Assembly: GCA_965153355.1 (NCBI GenBank) | Contig: OZ231126.1 | Coordinates: forward strand, 16,554,001-16,618,000 | Direction of reading: 5' to 3' | Source of the DNA: Flaccisagitta enflata | Lineage: Eukaryota | DNA: 64,000 bases | Shown: one piece after another, positions 28,862 through 41,193 of the stretch | How the letters are laid out: each line of letters opens with the position of its first letter | How positions within the stretch are numbered: position 1 is the first letter of the stretch | Position numbers and translations under genes: made by a program | The notes under the pieces: generated by a model | Seen by the model: the letters and a program-made list of their open reading frames with translations, nothing else | Databases searched by the model: none | What the model was told of the DNA's origin: nothing

Positions 28862-29614
28862 CTGTTCATGTTTAAATTGTTCATGTTTTAATTGAAAGTT
28901 TAGTGGTGGACGCGAAAAAAAAAGTTGAGTAGCTTTTAGTGGTAAGCGATAAAATGTAGGTTCATGTCACTTACGTGGAATCTTTATGATGAGATTCTCC
29001 AAGGAAGTCTTTTTGACTCGTACGCGTCAACAAACGTACTAACATTACAGATTCTTGTTCGTAACAAAAAAAAATGTAATTCTGAAGACCAAATTTTTAG
29101 CGTCGCTAGAGAATATAGTTGACGGATTGCACTACGCAATTGTTCTAGCTGGAAATTTGACTAAAAATTTCAGTTATCATCAATATACCGCACATACTAG
29201 AAAATAACTTGAATAATTTAAAAACAATCTCAGCCTGGATTTTTTCTAAATTGGTCCTAAAAACTGACTAATCTCTGTCTCCCAAGAGCGTCTTTTAAAA
29301 GAAAAGTGTGAGGGGTACGAGGGACGGATGGACCGATAAAGTACGGTAAAGAGTCGCGTAGCACGCGATTTAAAAGTGTTTTCTCTGATGCTCACGATTT
29401 TGAAGATTTGTAATTATGTTGACGTTTCTACAGCCCAATTATCGTAAGTATTCCATCACTTCTCCATGATAGTAGAATATATTTGAAAAGAAGGTGATTA
29501 GATACAAGGGGGCGATACATGTATCTCAACATGTTTTCCATCCACTTTCTGCGACGGCTGAACGGGTTGGTGATTAATAGAAAATAGTGAAACCCTTAAT
29601 GCGCAACAACTTAC

Positions 29615-29753
29615 CTGACGACTCGACTCGAGCACACTCTTCGAGAAGGCCCTCATGAATGTCACCGTCGTCGTCGGTATGGTCTGGCCATCGTGCGTAT
29701 TCGTCCCAGCGCTTAGGAGTCTTTTGCTTTCGACCTTTTCTCGTCATTGACAT
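29615..29753 (-). CDS. Probable first coding exon of the SAP gene (MSMTRKGRKQKTPKRWDEYARWPDHTDDDGDIHEGLLEECARVESS)
   Basis: AAAAATG start and a perfect donor CAG|GTAAGT, phase 1. Confidence 0.55.
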
Positions 29754-29976
29754 TTTTCGAAGTATTGAGCCAAACAGCCAAAGCAGTCGAGCTAGCGTAG
29801 TACCAACATGTAAGCGGGTCAACCTAAACGATTGTTTTGACTACGCTGAAATTTCGACTGAGCTGTATCCTCGTCGCGTCATACAGTGACTGTGTTGCGT
29901 CGAGACTGCAAAGACTGATGGGGCCGAACCCGGGAGCCGAACGATAAAGAATGTTTTTTTTTTAAAAGAAAGTGAC

Positions 29977-30048
<72 letters not shown>

Positions 30049-30290
30049 CTCGTCCGTCCATGTTTTTCGTTTGTTTTATCTTGCTGTCTCACTGCGTTGT
30101 CGTTTTTAGTCGCGGACAAGCGACTTGTTAAGAGGCTTTGTCTGTCCGTCGGTCCGTTTGTCCGTCGGTGAGCACGAGTTGAAAAGTGGGGAAAACGCAT
30201 TTCGGCCCCTGCCCACCTGTCCGCGACTGGTATTGGCCGTGTATCTGGCCTTTGTTGTTTTATTCATCGTACAACATTCGAACCTTTGTA

Positions 30291-31038
30291 CACTCTTTTT
30301 TTTTTTTTTTATAAGCACTCGTTTATAAGCACGCCCAGCCTCAGATATTGAGAAAATTTAAGCACATTGCTAAGCACGCTCCAGGCTGAGATTTTGCATT
30401 CGAAAAAAAATATTGATGATTTTTCAAAAATATGCCAATTTATACATTTTTGGTCGGAATTTCACAAAATTAAATGGAAACTTTGATAGAATTTGAGATC
30501 ATCTATAATATCAGTCTTTCAGTACATTCAGGATTTTGATACTGATAGAAATAATTGAATTTCTAATTATATTTAAGAATAAAATTGCTTAGATACTATT
30601 GTTGATAAGAATTTATTGCTGTAAAAAGCACCACCACAAAAGAAAAATATAGCATGATACTAAATAACACAAAAAATCTAAAACAAATTTATATCAGGTC
30701 ATGATACTAATCTCATCCCATGGTTTATATGCAAGTAGAACATCGCCAGTGAGAGATACTGTATATTTTCTTATAAAAAATACATTCATTGCTGTGTTTT
30801 ATATTATACTTTATTCTATACTATACAATACTCTATGCTTTACTGTTTTCTATACCCTACTGTGTACTTTGTTCTATACTGTTTTTGTTCTACGCTGTGT
30901 ACTCTGTTCTATACTTAATAGGATAAATACTTACTGATAATTGATAAGCACGCACTTAAGCACATTTCAGCCTCAAAAATAAGATTTTGCTAAGCACGCT
31001 CAGCCTCAGCCAAAAAAGGAGCAAGCAAAAAAAGAGTG
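30291..31038. mobile_element. TA-flanked MITE (CACTCTTTT...AAAAGAGTG) with TAAGCAC/CAGCCTCAG subterminal repeats
   Basis: Terminal inverted repeats and TA dinucleotides on both sides. Related to 5358-5805. Confidence 0.75.
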
Positions 31039-31560
31039 TATTTTATTTGTTGTTTTTCTTCCTCTCTCCTCCAGAAAGAAAAATTCGTTCTTAGTTTCTT
31101 CCAGAAAACCTTTCCATAATGTTTCATAATGTTTATCTTTCATTTGGCTGTGATTACTACCTAGCTCATATTCCTTCCATCCTTACTACCTAGCTCATAT
31201 GTTTATCACCTCACTTATTGAACAATATCTCCATTTCAAATGATAATTTCTAAGCAAAATCTGTGAGATTCTGAAACTAGAATGAATTTCCGATTAAATG
31301 CCGCAAACCGCGCTAAATTATCTCTAAGTGTTTAGAAATGACATGCAAAACAAAATTGCTTCTCCAATTCAAAATGGTGAAAATAGATTCATCCAATTTT
31401 CCATCGTTCTGTCTTTAAAACTGGAAGCACTATGCATCATTTTCTTCATTATAGTTGCTATACCTTTTCAATTTTTTTGTACTTTGTACAATGGGACGTG
31501 CAAGTAAAAAGATTTTTGTTGATAAGGGTGCAATTGTCACTCTTAGAGACAAGAGCCTGA

Positions 31561-31716
31561 CACACACTTGCTCAACTATCTGGTGCGGGACTGAAAAGGA
31601 TCGCCTGCATGGCCTGTAGGAAGATCATGCCATCTTACCTCAAATTTCTTTAAGCAAGTATGCCGAGGCTTATGAAGGCAGTGGTTGATGCCTAAGATGG
31701 TCACACTAAGTATTGA
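31561..31716 (+). pseudogene. Tc1 transposase C-terminal remnant
   Basis: Translates ...RKIMPSYLKFL*ASMPRLMKAVVDA*DGHTKY*, matching the Tc1-family terminus SMPRR..AVI.A.GG.TKY, with two internal stops. Confidence 0.8.
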
Positions 31717-32605
31717 ATATGTTCCTTACATGTATTTGTCTTATCTATCGAATAAATCAACTCATTGCATTGGAGATAGTTTTGGCCGGTGGTTTCCATG
31801 GCATCCTGAGCCTTAACTTTTTTGGTAAACATGGCTCTTCCATGAGTTTTTAAGAAAGCTATACATAGAAAAGTCTGCTAAAAAAAATTAAAAAAAAGAG
31901 CGCAAAAAGAGCTCACCGAGGAAACTGTCAACAATTATTTTCTGTCTTTTCTTCTGCTTGAAAATTGAAAAAATGCTTGACCTAAAAAATTGTGGAAGTG
32001 AAGGGTATTACCCCAATCCTAAGCTCTTGCAGTGAAACAAGTTTTTGCTGATGCTCTCAAGAAGGTGATAAACTTTTGAGCTAGATAGTATTTCCCGTTT
32101 TTATGAATTAGTTTTTTAGGTATTCTTAAAGCTCTGTGATAATTTGTATTTGTTTCTCAGAGTCCGGCATTTCAACATCGCAGTCTGGACTGTTAAAAAT
32201 TTCGCTTTTTGGTCGTTATTTGATCAAAATATTTAAAAATGTCTTTTCTCTCCTTTTCTCAACGGAATAATCCCTTCCCTTTGTAAAGGGTAAAAAGAAA
32301 TAACGTAAAAACACATCAACTGTGTTCGATGAACTGTATCATTTTTAGTCGCGGACACGCGACTCTACAACTTGCCGTGTCGGTCGGTAGGTCCGTCCGT
32401 CCGTCGGTCTGTCCGTCTGTCCGTCACATTTTTGATTTCCGAGTTGCTTGCGTTACTGCTCCTGCCCATCCGTCCGCGACTGGATTGCCGTGTATCCGGC
32501 CTTGTTTTACTTGATTTTAGAAATTGTCACGAACGATAAAGAACAAGAAATATACCGGCGTTTGTCATCAAGTCAATCCGTAATAACTCGTTTTCTTCCT
32601 TGCAG

Positions 32606-32778
32606 GTGGTTCATTGGGACAAATATCTTCACATTCCTCCGGAAGCGCAACTGACGAAAGCCGCGGAAGATCTTATTCTGCGTCTATGTTGTGATCAAAA
32701 CGAACGGCTTGGCGCCGAAGGAACGGAAACAGTTAAAAAACACGCTTTCTTCGATGGCATCGATTTTGTTCACCTAAG
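32606..32778 (+). CDS. LATS1: LATS/Warts Ser/Thr kinase exon, subdomains X-XI (VVHWDKYLHIPPEAQLTKAAEDLILRLCCDQNERLGAEGTETVKKHAFFDGIDFVHLR)
   Basis: Acceptor ttcttccttgcag| and donor |GTAGGT, phase 0-2. Matches the LATS/Warts signature VINW..TLHIP.QA.LS.EA.DLI..LC....RLG.....K.H.FF..IDF. The symbol denotes the family (LATS1/2, wts). Confidence 0.88.
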
Positions 32779-33145
32779 GTAGGTGTGGTGGGAGGGAGGG
32801 GTCAAAATTTTTAACACCCGTAAAACCCAAAGTATGGGTCCGAGAGCAAAAATTTTCGCGATTAACTCCTCAATGAGTACCTTTACACCAAAAAAGAGCA
32901 AATTCGATTTTTGAGGGTTTCAGTTTTACTGATCTGTGCAGGTTATTTTACCTTAGAATAAAAAAGTCCATATTTTGAAAATGTTACGGACGGACGGACA
33001 GATGGATGGAGGGACGGACGGACGGACGGACAGATAGAGAAACATGAAGAGTTGCGTGCAAGCGTCTACAAACTTAAAACCCATTAAGCTTTCGAACGAA
33101 TAAATGAAGACGCAAGACTCTTGCGACAAGAGTTAAATGCCTAAC

Positions 33146-33929
33146 GGCAGTTTCTCCTATAAACCGGCCTGGCCAAAATCAAGCGCCTGATTGAGTTAAC
33201 ATTGAAGTGTGATAACATAATTCACTGATAGTTGCATCTATTAGCTTAAAATTTTGGTTGCAGGCTCAGAATTTGATACTCTTTCAATTCATACTGAAAA
33301 ATCACTAAAGTTCTGGAGCTTGTTTTCAATTATATAAATTCTGTGAAAAACAGTGTGACATAGTGTGACAAGATGTTAACTCGATAGGACATTTTCTTAA
33401 AAAATCAATATAACCAGCTAGAAATGACATAAAGTTCTGAAATTTGGCATGTAACCTGGGTTATGCCTTTACTAAACAGGGGAAAAAAAGAAATTTAACA
33501 TCATACTTAAAGATATGTTTCTTTATGTATTGCATATTACTACATCAAGATAAGATATTTTATCATTTTTGACATATCAACTATGAATGAAATTTTTGCA
33601 TAGTAAATGTCCACCAGTCACCATCAAATTTTTGATGCTTCTTTAGGGATGGCAATGATACAAAAATAACCTATCGTTGGAAAGGCTTTACAATTTTTTG
33701 ATGTTTTTATCATAGTAGATACAAAGTGAAAATAGGTTATTTTGGCTCTACTTTTGGCCACCTAACCTATCAAAATATTGAGTTGGAAGGATGTATGTTG
33801 AGAACTTTGTCCCAAGGGATGTCTAAAAACAGCTTTCATCATCAACAGAATAATTGGTGGAAGAAAACAGTGTTTTTATTGTCACCGAATCATGTTTTTC
33901 AGCCGGCCCACTTTATAGGAGAAATTGCC
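33146..33929. mobile_element. Non-autonomous TIR element
   Basis: Imperfect TIRs GGCAGTTTCTCCTATAAACCGGCC / GGCCCACTTTATAGGAGAAATTGCC. TSD not resolved. Confidence 0.6.
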
Positions 33930-33991
33930 TTATGCTGCCTAACGCAACTATCAAAAAGAAAAGAAGATCGAGATGGGAGTAGAGAAGAAGG

Positions 33992-34023
<32 letters not shown>

Positions 34024-34028
34024 AAGAA

Positions 34029-34097
<69 letters not shown>

Positions 34098-34099
<2 letters not shown>

Positions 34100-34326
34100 G
34101 AAAAAGAAGGAAAAAGAAGGAAAAAGAAGGAAAAAGAAGGAAAAAGAAGGAAAAAGAAGGAAAAAGAAGGAAAAAGAAGGAAAAAGAAGGAAAAAGAAGG
34201 AAAAAGAAGGAAAAAGAAGGAAAAAGAAGGAAAAAGAAGGAAAAAGAAGGAAAAAGAAGGAAAAAGAAGGAAAAAGAAGGAAAAAGAAGGAAAAAGAAGG
34301 AAAAAGAAGGAAAAAGAAGGAAAAAG
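34098..34326. repeat. (AAAAAGAAGG)n 10-bp tandem repeat
   Basis: Read directly; abuts the 122-bp satellite. Confidence 0.95.
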
Positions 34327-37300
34327 CCAAATACCCCCTTTATCACCACCTCGGGCACCCCTACAACGACCCAACCCCCAAAATCACCATCACATAGCGA
34401 GATTTGGATATACCAGAGGAAAGTTTAACCTAAAAAATACAAAATCACCCCAAACACCCCCTTTATCACCACCTCGGGCACCCCTACAACGACCCAACCC
34501 CCAAAATCACCATCACATAGCGAGATTTGGATATACCAGAGGAAAGTTTAACCTAAAAAATACAAAATCACCCCAAATACCCCCTTTATCACCACCTCGA
34601 GCACCCCTACAACGACCCAACCCCCAAAATCACACTATCACATAGCGAGATTTGATATACCAGAGGAAAGTTTAACCTAAAATACAAATCACCAAATACC
34701 CCCTTTATCACCACCTCGGGCACCCCTACAACGACCCAACCCCCAAAATCACCATCACATAGCTAGATTTGGATATACCAGAGGAAAGTTTAACCTAAAA
34801 AATACAAAATCACCCCAAATACCCCCTTTATCACCACCTCGGGCACCCCTACAACGACCCAACCCCCAAAATCACCATCACATAGCGAGATTTGGATATA
34901 CCAGAGGAAAGTTTAACCTAAAAAATACAAAATCACCCCAAATACCCCTTTATCACCACTCGAGCACCCCTACAATGACCAACCCACAAACACCATCACA
35001 TAGCGAGATTTGGATATACCAGAGGAAAGTTTAACCTAAAAATACAAAATCACCCAAATACCCCCTTTATCACCACCTCTGGCACCCCTACAACGACCCA
35101 ACCCCAAAAATCACTTTATCATATAGCGAGATTTGGGATATAACAGAGGAAAGTTTAACCTAAAAATACACAAAATCACCCCAAATACCCCCTTTATCAC
35201 CACCTCGAGCACCCCTACAACCACCCAACCCCCAAATCACCATCACATAGCTAGATTTGATATACCAGAGAAAGCAACCTAAAAAATACAAAATCACCCC
35301 AAATACTCCCTTTATCACCACCGGCACCCTACAACGACCCAACCCCAAAATCACTATCAAGATATGAGATTTGGATATACCAGAGGAAAGTTTAACCTAA
35401 AGGTTGTGTGTAATCATTCCCAAATACCCCCTTTATCACCACTCGAGCACCCCTACAACGACCCAACCCCAAAAATCACCATCACATAGCGAGATTTGGA
35501 TATACCAGAGGAAAGTTTAACCTAAAAATACAAAATCACCCCAAATACCCCCTTTATCACCACCTCGGGCACCCCTACAACCACCCAACCCCCAAAATCA
35601 CCATCACATAGCGAGATTTGGATATACCAGAGGAAAGTTTAACCTAAAAATACAAAATCACCCCAAATACCACCCTTTATCACCACCTCGCACCCCTACA
35701 ACGACCCAACCCCAAAAATCACCATCAAGACAGCGAGATTTGGATATACCAGAGGAAAGTTTAACCTAAAAATACAAAAATCACCCCAAATACCCCTTTA
35801 TCACCACTTCGGCACCCTTATAACGACCCAACCCCCAAAATCACCATCACATAGCGAGATTTGATATACCAGAGGAAAGTTTAACCTAAAAATACAAAAT
35901 CACCCCAATACCCTTTATCACCACCTCGGCACCCTTACAACGACCCAACCCCCAAAATCACCATCACATAGCGAGATTTGGATATACCAGAGGAAAGTTT
36001 AACCTAAAAATACAAAATCACCCCAAATACCCCCTTTATCACCACCTCGAGCACCCCTACAACGACCCAACCCCCAAAATCACCATCACATAGCGAGATT
36101 TGGATATACCAGAGGAAAGTTTAACCTAAAAATACAAAATCACCCCAAATACCCCCTTTATCACCACCTCGGGCACCCCTACAACGACCCAACCCCCAAA
36201 ATCACCATCACATAGCGAGATTTGGATATACCAGAGGAAAGTTTAACCTAAAAATACAAAATCACCCCAAATACCCCCTTTATCACCACCTCCAGCACCC
36301 CTACAACGACCCAACCCCCAAAATCACCATCACATAGCGAGATTTGGATATACCAGAGGAAAGTTTAACCTAAAAATACAAAATCACCCCAAATACCCCC
36401 TTTATCACCACCTCGGGCACCCCTACAACGACCCAACCCCCAAAATCACCATCACATAGCGAGATTTGGATATACCAGAGGAAAGTTTAACCTAAAAAAT
36501 ACAAAATCACCCCAAATACCCCCTTTATCACCACTCGAGCACCCCTACAACGACCCAACCCCCAAAATCACCATCACATAGCGAGATTTGGATATACCAG
36601 AGGAAAGTTTAACCTAAAAATACAAAATCACCCCAAATACCCCCTTTATCACCACCTCGGGCACCCCTACAACGACCCAACCCCCAAAATCACCATCACA
36701 TAGCGAGATTTGGATATACCAGAGGAAAGTTTAACCTAAAAAATACAAAATCACCCCAAATACCCCCTTTATCACCACCTCGGGCACCCCTACAACGACC
36801 CAACCCCCAAAATCACCATCACATAGCGAGATTTGGATATACCAGAGGAAAGTTTAACCTAAAAATACAAAATCACCCCAAATACCCCTTTATCACCACC
36901 TCGGGCACCCCTACACCCACCTCCAACCCCTGTAATCATCAAGAGCAGTTGGGATTGATATACCTAGAGAAAGTTTAACCTAAAAATACAAAATCACCCC
37001 AAATACCCCTTTATCAACAATTCTGGCACCCCTACAACGAACCAACCCCTGAAATCACCATCACATAGCGAGATTTGGATGACACTGAGGAAAGTTTAAC
37101 CTAAAATAAATCACCCCAATAATTCTCTTCTTTATCACCACCTCCTATACCCTATAATTGACCAACCCCCAAAATCACCATCACATAGCGAGATTTGGAT
37201 ATACTAGAGGAAAGTTTTACCTAAAAATACAAAATCACCCCAAATACCCCCTTTATCACCACCTCGGGCACCCCTACAACGACCCAACCCCCAAAATCAC

Positions 37301-37737
37301 CATCACATAGCGAGATTTGGATATACCAGAGGAAAGTTTTAACCTAAAAATACAAAATCACCTAAATACCCCTTTATCACATTCCTGGGCACCCTTACAA
37401 CTACCCAACCCCAAAATCACCATCACATAGCAAGATTCGATATACCAGAGAAAGTTTAACCTAAAAATACAAAATCACCCCAAATACTCCCTTATCACCA
37501 CCTCGAGCACCCTACAACCACCCAACCCCCAAAATCACCATCACATAGCCGGAGATTTGGATATACCAGAGGAAAGTTTAACCTAAAAATACAAAATCAC
37601 CCCAAATACCCCCTTTATCACCACCTCGGGCACCCCTACAACGACCCAACCCCCAAAATCACCATCACATAGCGAGATTTGGATATACCAGAGGAAAGTT
37701 TAACCTAAAAATACAAAATCACCCCAAATACCCCCTT
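34327..37737 (+). repeat. ~122-bp satellite array, left part (about 28 units)
   Basis: Unit CCCCCTTTATCACCACCTCGGGCACCCCTACAACGACCCAACCCCCAAAATCACCATCACATAGCGAGATTTGGATATACCAGAGGAAAGTTTAACCTAAAAATACAAAATCACCCCAAATA. Many units carry homopolymer indels. Confidence 0.95.
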
Positions 37738-39207
37738 CACCGTGGTAGTTGATCAAGCAAAAATGATTTCGAGATTTCTTTTTTGTTGGGTAGGTATGTG
37801 TGTAACTTAGCCCCAGACATGATCTCAGACATGGCGGACGCATAGGAGAGGCGGTGTGCTGCCAAAAAGCCAAAATTGACATTGTGCGTTACGGCCCAAA
37901 GGAGGCCTCTGCGTACCAAGTTAGCATGCCCAAATGTTAAGAATACCTTTATATCATCATTGTATGTGTTGTCATGGTCGACCATGGGCACACGGCGTGA
38001 CAGTGTCAACTTTTCTTTTTTTGTCTTTTAGCGATTTTGTCGCGGTTCGTCGCAATGACTCAACAAGACAGATAACATTTTTTTGTTGCTTCGAGGCATT
38101 AGTTTGTTTCCACGTGTGGCGATCGGTGGCGGTTTTGAAAAACGCGCGTATTTTTCTTTTTAAATTTGGGTTTGCTCTTAATTCGGTGTTAGTGAAATCA
38201 TACAAAGGCGGTAAGGCCTCCATCCTATAACTCAATTGAACAAAAATATAGATTTCAGCATTGGTCTCACTATTGGAAGTACAGACTGACTTGAACAAGC
38301 AAGGATATGCTTTGACCGTTCAGCTGTGAATCTCATAATGTATGCATTCTTAGCTTTATAACTCATTCTTTTTTCATCTGTCCTCGAGTTGGAAAAAAAC
38401 AACGAAGACAGATCAATAGACTGATGAGCGAACCGATGCAGGGGGCCTCGAAAAAGGGAAGAGAAAAAAAAAATGATAGAAAAAAAAACCAAAGAAACGG
38501 GTGGGTAGTTATAAAAAGAAACATAGAAACAAAAAACAACGCCGTATTCACTCCCCCAGTCACGGACGGGTGGGTAAGGGCAGTATAGAAAAAACCGCTT
38601 GCATTTCAAAAAAAGTTACCGCCCAATGGACCAACCAACTAACCAACGGACCAACATGATAAGGATCCACGGTTAAAAAAATGAAAAAATAAAGGAACAA
38701 GGCCGGATTCACGGGCCAAGACAGTGCGCCGGGCGTTACTAATTCTTAGACCTATCCCTAGCTCCATCAGACCTATCCCTAGCTCCATCAGACCTATCCC
38801 TAGCTCTATCAGACGAAGGAAAGAAAGAGAGAAGGAAAGAAAGAGAGAAGGAAAGATAGAGAGATGGAAAGGAAGAGAGACGGGAAGGAAGAGAGACGGG
38901 AAGGAAGAAAGAAAGAATGAAACGGGGAAAGCGAGAGAGGAAGAGCAGGAGCAGCAAGGCCAAAAATCCCATAAACACAAACGCCCAAAAGGAAAACCGA
39001 CAGACGGACAGACTGACGGGCTGATGGATGGACCGATAGAGCGGGGTGTAAAGTCGCGTAGCACCCGACTAAAAACGAAAAAGTATCGGTTGTTGTTGTT
39101 GTTAACCGGAGAAGTAACGGTCGAAGAAAATAAGAGAAATGATAAGAAAATCAGGAAGAAGCCAAAATGAAAGTAAAGATGAAGGTTTTTGGACCAATAC
39201 GCGCAGC

Positions 39208-39278
<71 letters not shown>

Positions 39279-41193
39279 CGCAAATGACCATTTCTAGCGC
39301 GATTTTGGCGAGCACCTTATCCGCCATGTGATCATTAAAACAGTTAGCATATTGTACTTGAGAATGAATCTAAAAACTTTTATAATTGAGAAAACATAAC
39401 CTATAAGTCGGGTTTCAGATACTTTTTTTTGATATTTGAAAGAAAAAAAATGATGTAAAAAATTCCAAGCTGATTTTGATTTCAGGATGTTAGGAAACAT
39501 TTTGCCTTCAATAATAGCATCATGAAAGTTTTTCTTTGAACCGATAATGCTGAATTTGAACCTTGGAGGTGGGTGGGATGCAGGACTACATCCCGCTGGT
39601 GAGATGAATCAACGGGCTTAGGTGGTTGAGGTGGCCTGGGTGAAATATGCTTCGTCGTTGCTCGATAACTACCACTGTGTAGCTGATTTGGGTGGTTTTA
39701 GGTGGTTGAGGTGGCCTGGGTGAAATATGCTTCGTCGTTGCTCGATAACTACCACTGTGTAGCTGATTTGGGTGGTTTTAGGTGGTTGAGGTGGCCTGGG
39801 TGAAATATGCTTCGTCGTTGCTCGATAACTACCACTGTGTAGCTGATTTGGGTGGTTTTAGGTGGTTGAGGTGGCCTGGGTGAAATATGCTTCGTCGTTG
39901 CTCGATAACTACCACTGTGTAGCTGATTTGGGTGGTTTTAGGTGGTTGAGGTGGCCTGGGTGAAATATGCTTCGTCGTTGCTCGATAACTACCACTGTGT
40001 AGCTGATTTGGGTGGTTTTAGGTGGTTGAGGTCCACTGGGCGCTTCCGCCTCGTCGTTGCTCGATAACTACCACTGTGTAGCTGATTTGGGTGGTTTTAG
40101 GTGGTTGAGGTGGCCTGGGTGAAATATGCTTCGTCGTTGCTCGATAACTACCACTGTGTAGCTGATTTGGGTGGTTTTAGGTGGTTGAGGTGGCCTGGGT
40201 GAAATATGCTTCGTCGTTGCTCGATAACTACCACTGTGTAGCTGATTTGGGTGGTTTTAGGTGGTTGAGGTGGCCTGGGTGAAATATGCTTCGTCGTTGC
40301 TCGATAACTACCACTGTGTAGCTGATTTGGGTGGTTTTAGGTGGTTGAGGTGGCCTGGGTGAAATATGCTTCGTCGTTGCTCGATAACTACCACTGTGTA
40401 GCTGATTTGGGTGGTTTTAGGTGGTTGAGGTGGCCTGGGTGAAATATGCTTCGTCGTTGCTCGATAACTACCACTGTGTAGCTGATTTGGGTGGTTTTAG
40501 GTGGTTGAGGTGGCCTGGGTGAAATATGCTTCGTTGTTGCTCGATAACTACCACTGTGTAGCTGATTTGGGTGGTTTTAGGTGGTTGAGGTGGCCTGGGT
40601 GAAATATGCTTCGTCGTTGCTCGATAACTACCACTGTGTAGCTGATTTGGGTGGTTTTAGGCTGAGGTGGCCTGGGTGAAATATGCTTTGTCGTTGCTCG
40701 ATAACTACCACTGTGTAGCTGATTTGGGTGGTTTTAGGTGGTTGAGGTGGCCTGGGTGAAATATGCTTGTTGTTCTCGATAACTACCACTGTGTAGCTGA
40801 TTTGGGTGGTTTTAGGTGGGTGAGGTGGCCTGGGAGAAACATGCTTCGTCGTTGCTCGATAACTACCACTGTGTAGCTGATTTGGGTGGTTTTAGGTGGT
40901 TGAGGTGGCCTGGGTGAAATATGCTTCGTCGTTGCTCGATAACTACCACTGTGTAGCTGATTTGGGTGGTTTTAGGTGGTTGAGGTGGCCTGGGTGAAAT
41001 ATGCTTCGTCGTTGCTCGATAACTACCACTGTGTAGCTGATTTGGGTGGTTTTAGGTGGTTGAGGTGGCCTGGGTGAAATATGCTTCGTCGTTGCTCGAT
41101 AACTACCACTGTGTAGCTGATTTGGGTGGTTTTAGGTGGTTGAGGTGGCCTGGGTGAAATATGCTTCGTCGTTGCTCGATAACTACCACTGTG
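37738..41193. mobile_element. Non-autonomous Transib-type (RAG-related superfamily) element with RSS-like termini
   Basis: Left end CACCGTGGTAGTTGATCAAGCAA; right end (reverse complement) CACAGTGGTAGTTATCGAGCAA. 5-bp TSD CCCTT at 37733-37737 and 41194-41198, and the satellite resumes in register. No transposase ORF inside. Confidence 0.8.
39618..41193 (+). repeat. 80-bp tandem array (about 20 units), each containing the element's right terminus CACTGTG
   Basis: Unit GTGGTTGAGGTGGCCTGGGTGAAATATGCTTCGTCGTTGCTCGATAACTACCACTGTGTAGCTGATTTGGGTGGTTTTAG. Confidence 0.95.

Noticed and set aside
37737-39500. Transposase or RAG-like ORF inside the Transib-like element
   Set aside because: Only short ORFs without recognisable DDE or RAG motifs are present. 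The interior includes a HINE-like copy, a 21-bp triple repeat and (CA)n.
39618-41193. 80-bp (and 122-bp) arrays as a CRISPR array
   Set aside because: The units are identical end to end with no unique spacers, there are no cas genes, and the context is eukaryotic.
41155-41193. Right end as a canonical 23-RSS
   Set aside because: The heptamer is exact, but the 9 nt after a 23-nt spacer (CATATTTCA) do not resemble ACAAAAACC.
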